From: Ranitomeya imitator
Lineage: Eukaryota
Reading direction: 5' to 3'
Assembly: GCF_032444005.1 (NCBI RefSeq)
Contig: NC_091289.1
Span: 5,208,001 to 5,272,000, forward strand
Length of the DNA: 64,000 nt
The position numbers and the translations under genes were made by a program. Below the pieces are notes generated by a model. The model searched no databases, was not told the origin of the DNA, and was given only the letters and a program-made list of their open reading frames with translations. Each line of letters opens with the position of its first letter. Position 1 is the stretch's first letter. Positions 57,165 through 64,000 of this stretch are shown piece by piece.

Positions 57165-58780
57165 AAAGCATGCTGAAAGCCACCACTAGGGGGAGCTCCC
57201 TGTATATAGAGATACATGATAAGATCCTGTCTGCAGCCACCACTAGGGGGAGCTCCCTGTATACAGAGATACATGATAAGATTCTGTCTGCAGCCACCAC
57301 TAGGGGGAGCTCCATATATACGGAGATACATGATAAGATCCTGTCTGCAGTCACCACTAGGGGGAGCTCCCTGTATACAGAGATACATGATAAGATTCTG
57401 TCTGCAGCCACCACTAGGGGGAGCTCCATATATACGGAGATACATGATAAGATCCTGTCTGCAGTCACCACTAGGGGGAGCTCCCTGTATACAGAGATAC
57501 ATGATAGGATCCTGTCTGCAGCCACCACTAGGGGGAGCTCCCTGTATACAGAGATACATGATAAGATCCTTACTGCAGCCACCACTAGGGGGAGCTCCCT
57601 GTATACAGAGATACATGATAAGATCCTGTCTGCAGTCACCACTAGGGGGAGCTCCCTGTATACAGAGATACATGATAAGATCCTGTCTGCAGTCACCACT
57701 AGGGGGAGCTCCCTGTATACAGAGATACATGATAAGATCCTGTCTGCAGTCACCACTAGGGGGAGCTCCCTGTATACAGAGATACATGATAAGATCCTGT
57801 CTGCAGCCACCACTAGGGGGAGCTCCCTGTATACAGAGATACATGATAAGATTCTGTCTGCAGCCACCACTAGGAGGAGCTCCCTGTATACAGAGATACA
57901 TGATAAGATTCTGTCTGCAGTCGCCACTAGGGGGAGCTCCCTGTATACAGAGATACATGATAAGATCCTGTCTGCAGCCACCACTAGGGGGAGCTCCCTG
58001 TATACAGAGATACATGATAAGATCCTGTCTGCAGCCACCACTAGGGGGAGCTCCCTGTATACAGAGATACATGATAAGATTCTGTCTGCAGTCGCCACTA
58101 GGGGGAGCTCCCTGTATACAGAGATACATGATAAGATCCTGTCTGCAGCCACCACTAGGGGGAGCTCCCTGTATACAGAGATACATGATAAGATCCTGTC
58201 TGCAGCCACCACTAGGGGGAGCTCCCTGTATACAGTGATACATGATAAGATCCTGCCTGCAGTCACCACTAGGGGGAGCCCCCTGTATACAGAGATACAT
58301 GATAAGATCCTGTCTGCAGCCACCACTAGGGGGAGCTCCCTGTATACAGAGATACATAAGATCCTGTCTGCAGCCACCACTAGGGGGAGCTCCCTGTATA
58401 CAGAGATACATGATAAGATCCTGTCTGCAGTCTCCACTAGGGGGAGCTCCCTGTATACAGAGACACATGATAAGATCCTGTCTGCAGCCACCACTAGGGG
58501 GAGCTCCCTGTATACAGAGATACATGATAAGATCCTGTCTGTAGTCACCACTAGGGGGAGCTCCCTGTATACAGAGATACATGATAAGATACTGTCTGCA
58601 GCCACCACTAGGGGGAGCTCCCTGTATACAGAGATACATAAGATCCTGTCTGCAGCCACCACTAGGGGGAGCTCCCTGTATACAGAGATACATGAGAATA
58701 TCCTGTCTGCAGCCACCACTAGGGGGAGCTCCCTGTATATAGATATACATGATAAGATCCTGTCACCACTAGGGGGAGCT
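57165..58780. repeat. 57-bp satellite (~28 units; CCTGTCTGCAGCCACCACTAGGGGGAGCTCCCTGTATACAGAGATACATGATAAGAT)
   Basis: Homogeneous tandem units; 54-bp variants lack TGA. Confidence 0.97.
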
Positions 58781-59174
58781 TCCTACATGGTGGAGCCTGT
58801 GCTCTTTCTTGCCTTCACCTCTATATACAGAGTATAATGTGCCCGGTCACTATCTCCTGCTCATGGTTTGTGTTTTGTCTTTCAGGACTGGATGTGGCTG
58901 ATTGTACGTTTGATGCTTCTCCATCACTTTTATTGTACCTGTGATGATTGTCCGCGTCTCTGGCTTGTGCCTCAGTTCACAGCAGATCAGCCACATTGAA
59001 GGGGATTGGGTTGAAGGACCAAACATACAACCTCTGTCTGGGCTGCAGGGCTCGGGGCTCGGCTTCATCTGATCATTCTGGTTTTCTGTGTATTCAGCTG
59101 CTCCATTCATTCAGTGCTTGAGTGTCAGTTCTGTGGCTGCAGCCAGTTTCATTCCTATTTGATGACCTGTGCGT

Positions 59175-62100
59175 TTCCGCACTCTGTCTCTTCCGCACTC
59201 TGTCTCTTCCGGACTCTGTCTCTTCCGGACTCTTTCTCTTCCGGACTCTTTCTCTTCCGGACTCTGTCTCTTCCGGACTCTGTCTCTTCCGGGCTCTTTC
59301 TCTTCCGGACTCTTTCTCTTCCGGACTCTGTCTCTTCCAGACTCTTTCTCTTCCAGACTCTTTCTCTTCCAAACTCTTTCTCCTGTGGACTCTGTCTCTT
59401 CCGGACTCTTTCTCTTCCGGACTCTTTCTCTTCCGGACTCTGCCTCTTCCGGACTCTGTCTCTTCCAGACTCTTTCTCTTCCAAACTCTTTCTCCTGTGG
59501 ACTCTTTCTCTTCCGGACTCTGTCTCTTCCGGACTCTGTCTCTTCCGGACTCTGTCTCTTCCGGGCTCTTTCTCTTCCGGACTCTTTCTCTTCCGGACTC
59601 TGTCTCTTCCGGACTCTTTCTCTTCCAGACTCTTTCTCTTCCACACTCTTTCTCCTGTGGACTCTGTCTCTTCCGGACTCTTTCTCTTCCGGACTCTTTC
59701 TCTTCCGGACTCTGCCTCTTCCGGACTCTGTCTCTTCCAGACTCTTTCTCTTCCAAACTCTTTCTCCTGTGGACTCTTTCTCTTCCGGACTCTGTCTCTT
59801 CCGGACTCTTTCTCTTCCGGACTCTTTCTCTTCAGGACTCTTTCTCTTCCGGACTCTTTCTCTTCAGGACTCTGTCTCTTCTGCACTTTGTCTCTTCCAA
59901 ACTCTTTCTCTTCCGGACTCTTTCTCTTCCGGACTCTTTCTCTTCAGGACTCTTTCTCTTCCGGACTCTTTCTCTTCAGGACTCTGTCTCTTCTGCACTT
60001 TGTCTCTTCCAAACTCTTTCTCCTGTGGACTCTTTCTCTTCCGGACTCTGTCTCTTCCGGACTCTTTCTCTTCCGGACTCTTTCTCTTCCGGACTCTTTC
60101 TCTTCAGGACTCTGTCTCTTCCGGACTCTTTCTCTTTCAGACTCTTTCTCTTCCGGACTCTTTCTCTTCCGGACTCTTTCTCTTCCGGACTCTTTCTCTT
60201 CAGGACTCTGTCTCTTCTGCACTTTGTCTCTTCCAAACTCTTTCTCTTCCGGACTCTTTCTCTTTCGGACTCTTTCTCTTTCGGACTCTTTCTCTTCCGG
60301 ACTCTTTCTCCTGTGGACTCTTTCTCTTCAGGACTCTTTCTCTTCCGGACTCTGTCTCTTCCGGACTCTTTCTCTTCCGGACTCTTTCTCTTCCGGACTC
60401 TTTCTCTTCCGGACTCTTTCTCTTCAGGACTCTGTCTCTTCCGGACTCTTTCTCTTTCAGACTCTTTCTCTTCCGGACTCTTTCTCTTCCGGACTCTTTC
60501 TCTTCCGGACTCTTTCTCTTCCGGACTCTTTCTCTTCAGGACTCTGTCTCTTCTGCACTTTGTCTCTTCCAAACTCTTTCTCTTCCGGACTCTTTCTCTT
60601 TCGGACTCTTTCTCTTTCGGACTCTTTCTCTTCCGGACTCTTTCTCCTGTGGACTCTTTCTCTTCAGGACTCTTTCTCTTCCGGACTCTGTCTCTTCCGG
60701 ACTCTTTCTCTTCCGGACTCTTTCTCTTCCGGACTCTTTCTCTTCAGGACTCTTTCTCTTCAGGACTCTTTCTCTTTCGGACTCTTTCTCTTCCGGACTC
60801 TTTCTCTTCCGGACTCTTTCTCTTCCGGACTCTTTCTCTTCCGGACTCTTTCTCTTCAGGACTCTTTCTCTTCAGGACTCTGTCTCTTCCGGACTCTTTC
60901 TCTTCCGGACTCTTTCTCTTCCGGACTCTTTCTCTTCCGGACTCTTTCTCTTCAGGACTCTTTCTCTTCCGGACTCTTTCTCTTCAGGACTCTGTCTCTT
61001 CTGCACTTTGTCTCTTCCAAACTCTTTCTCTTCCGGACTCTTTCTCTTTCGGACTCTTTCTCTTTCGGACTCTTTCTCTTCCGGACTCTTTCTCCTGTGG
61101 ACTCTTTCTCTTCAGGACTCTTTCTCTTCCGGACTCTGTCTCTTCCGGACTCTTTCTCTTCCGGACTCTTTCTCTTCCGGACTCTTTCTCTTCCGGACTC
61201 TTTCTCTTCCGGACTCTTTCTCTTCAGGACTCTGTCTCTTCCGGACTCTTTCTCTTTCAGACTCTTTCTCTTCCGGACTCTTTCTCTTCCGGACTCTTTC
61301 TCTTCCGGACTCTTTCTCTTCCGGACTCTTTCTCTTCAGGACTCTGTCTCTTCTGCACTTTGTCTCTTCCAAACTCTTTCTCTTCCGGACTCTTTCTCTT
61401 TCGGACTCTTTCTCTTTCGGACTCTTTCTCTTCCGGACTCTTTCTCCTGTGGACTCTTTCTCTTCAGGACTCTTTCTCTTCCGGACTCTGTCTCTTCCGG
61501 ACTCTTTCTCTTCCGGACTCTTTCTCTTCCGGACTCTTTCTCTTCAGGACTCTTTCTCTTCAGGACTCTTTCTCTTTCGGACTCTTTCTCTTCCGGACTC
61601 TTTCTCTTCCGGACTCTTTCTCTTCCGGACTCTTTCTCTTCCGGACTCTTTCTCTTCAGGACTCTTTCTCTTCAGGACTCTGTCTCTTCCGGACTCTTTC
61701 TCTTCCGGACTCTTTCTCTTCCGGACTCTTTCTCTTCCGGACTCTTTCTCTTCAGGACTCTTTCTCTTCCGGACTCTTTCTCTTCAGGACTCTGTCTCTT
61801 CTGCACTTTGTCTCTTCCAAACTCTTTCTCTTCCGGACTCTTTCTCTTCCGGACTCTTTCTCTTCAGGACTCTTTCTCTTCCGGACTCTGTCTCTTCCGG
61901 ACTCTTTCTCTTCCGGACTCTTTCTCTTCCGGACTCTTTCTCTTCCGGACTCTGTCTCTTCCGGACTCTTTCTCTTTCGGACTCTTTCTCTTTCGGACTC
62001 TTTCTCTTCCGGACTCTTTCTCTTCCGGACTCTTTCTCTTCCGGACTCTTTCTCTTCCGGACTCTTTCTCTTCCGGACTCTTTCTCTTCCGGACTCTTTC

Positions 62101-62480
62101 TCTTCCGGACTCTTTCTCTTCAGGACTCTGTCTCTTCTGCACTTTGTCTCTTCCAAACTCTTTCTCTTCCGGACTCTTTCTCTTTCGGACTCTTTCTCTT
62201 TCGGACTCTTTCTCTTCCGGACTCTTTCTCTTCAGGACTCTTTCTCTTCCGGACTCTTTCTCTTCCGGACTCTTTCTCTTCCGGACTCTTTCTCTTCAGG
62301 ACTCTTTCTCTTCAGGACTCTGTCTCTTCCGGACTCTTTCTCTTTCGGACTCTTTCTCTTTCGGACTCTTTCTCTTCCGGACTCTTTCTCTTCCGGACTC
62401 TTTCTCTTCCGGACTCTTTCTCTTCAGGACTCTGTCTCTTCTGCACTTTGTCTCTTCCAAACTCTTTCTCTTCCTGACTC
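59175..62480. repeat. 16-bp pyrimidine-rich minisatellite (ACTCTTTCTCTTCCGG), ~200 units with 800-bp higher-order block
   Basis: Marker variant CTGCACTTTG at 60553/61353 and 61001/61801 (offset 800). Confidence 0.96.
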
Positions 62481-62648
62481 TTTCTTTTCCGGACTGTCTC
62501 TTCCCCACTTAGTTTCTTTCCCAGCCATTTCAATCTCTTTTCTGATCTCCTGCATTTGTTCTCCTTTGAATAATACTTCTGAAACTTGTAGTACCTCTTT
62601 ACTGGCTCTCACCTCTGCAACAAGGGCCACAAACTGTGCGTTACTTGA

Positions 62649-64000
62649 TATTATTATTCATTTATATAGCAGCATTGATTCCATGGTGCTTTACATGAGA
62701 AGGGGTTACATACAAATTACAAATATCACATACAGTAAACTAACAATGATGGACTGATACAGAGGGAAGAGGACCCTGCCCCCGCGGGCTTACATTCTAC
62801 AGGATGGTGGGGAAGGAGACAGTAGCTCCGATGGGGTTGAGGTGGCCGTGTGGTCTTTACAGGCTGTAAGCTTCCATGAAGAGGTGGGTTTTCAGGTTTC
62901 TTTTGAAGGATCCAAAAGTAGTGGATAACCGGACATGTTGGGGCACTGAATTCCAGAGGATGGGGGATATTCGGGAGAAGTCTTGGAGGTGGTTGGATGA
63001 GGAACGAATAAGTGTGGAGGAGAGGAGGAGGTCTTGGGAGGACCGGAGATTACGTGAGGGAAGATATTGAAAGATTAGTGTGGAAATATATGGATGAGAA
63101 AGGTTGTGGATGACTTTGTAGATCAGTGTTAGTAGTTTAAACTGGATACACTGGGAAATTGGGAGCCAGTGAAGAGATCTGCAAAGAGGGGAAGCAGAGT
63201 AGTGAGGAGAGAGATGGATTAGTCGGGCAGCAGAGTTAAGGATGGACTGGAGAGGTGCAAGGGTGTTAGCAGGGAGGCCACAGAGGAGGATGTTGCAGTA
63301 GTCGAGGCGGGAGATGATGAGGGCATGCACGAGCATTTTGGTAGATTGGGGGTTGAGGAAAGGACGGATTCTGGAGATATTTTTAAGCTGGAGGCGACAG
63401 GAGGTGACGAGAGCTTGGATGTGCGGTTTGAAGGACAGGGCAGAGTCAAGGGTTACTCCGAGGCAGCGGATTTTGGGGACAGGGGAAAGTGTGATTTCAT
63501 TTATTTTGATAGATCAGGTAGCGAAGATATGCGTGATGGAGGAAAGATGATGAGTTCAGATTTGTCCACATTGAGTTTGAGGAAGCGAGAGGAGAAGAAG
63601 GAGGATATGGCTGATAGGCACTCTGGGATTCTGGACAGCAGAGCGGTGACATCTGGGCCAGAGAGGTAGATCTGAGTGTCGTCAGCATAGAGGTGGTACT
63701 GGAAGCCATGGGACTTTATGAGTTGTCCCAGGCTGAGTGTATAGATTGAGAAGAGTAGGGGTCCTAGAACAGAGCCTTGGGGGACTCCAACAGAGAGAGG
63801 GCGGGATGAGGAGGTAGTGTGGGAGTGGGAGACGCTAAATGTGCGGTTGGCAAGGTACGAGTAGATCCAAGACAGGGCGAGGTCTTTGACCCCAAAGGAA
63901 GAGAGCGTCTGCAGTAGGAGGCAGTGGTCAACTGCAGAGGACAGGTCCAGGAGGAGGAGTACAGAGTATTGTCTGTTAGCTTTGGCTGTAAGTCGTTTGT
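62649..64000 (-). mobile_element. L2 LINE, defective RT 3' portion running off the window
   Basis: Minus strand [29 protein letters not shown] (63678-63689), LIISRLDYCN, LHWLP; frameshift near 63505; (AAT)n tail at 62649. Confidence 0.92.

Noticed and set aside
57165-58780. TGCAG upstream of the CTCF-like core as the ZF9-11 upstream motif
   Set aside because: Only 3 bp separate TGCAG from CCAC, shorter than the known spacing.
57140-62757. 500-1200 aa ORFs over the 57-bp and 16-bp arrays
   Set aside because: Repeat-derived and open in several frames at once; the 16-bp unit cycles frames; no recognisable domain.

Overview
Vertebrate genomic DNA, most likely an anuran (frog); this is inferred from the TE repertoire and repeat types. 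Three spliced genes can be built with GT-AG junctions and consistent phases. GLYCTK (minus, 4 coding exons, 518 aa) and WDR82 (plus, 9 exons, 313 aa) are head-to-head across a CpG-rich bidirectional promoter, and WDR82 intron 2 hosts a let-7g hairpin. The third is a 3'-incomplete inter-alpha-trypsin inhibitor heavy chain gene (ITIH3/4-like, plus, 13 exons seen, intact vWA MIDAS). About 45% of the window (rough sum) is minisatellite/satellite DNA, with a different array in most long introns, and almost all very long ORFs in the track are repeat artefacts. Mobile elements: two near-identical young CR1 LINEs (one with intact ORF2, one joined at a TTAA to a piggyBac-like element), a Harbinger-type MITE, a Kolobok/T2-type MITE, two decayed Tc1-family elements, L2 fragments and two Penelope-like insertions with fold-back inversions and hammerhead-ribozyme-like cores. 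Most notable: a near-perfect 1-kb palindrome carrying two hammerhead-like cores in an ITIH intron; seven let-7 seed matches created by a minisatellite in the putative GLYCTK 3'UTR next to the let-7g host gene; tandem arrays of CTCF-like motifs; and a satellite of about 50 GTGAGT donor-like motifs. All coordinates and alignments were read by eye.
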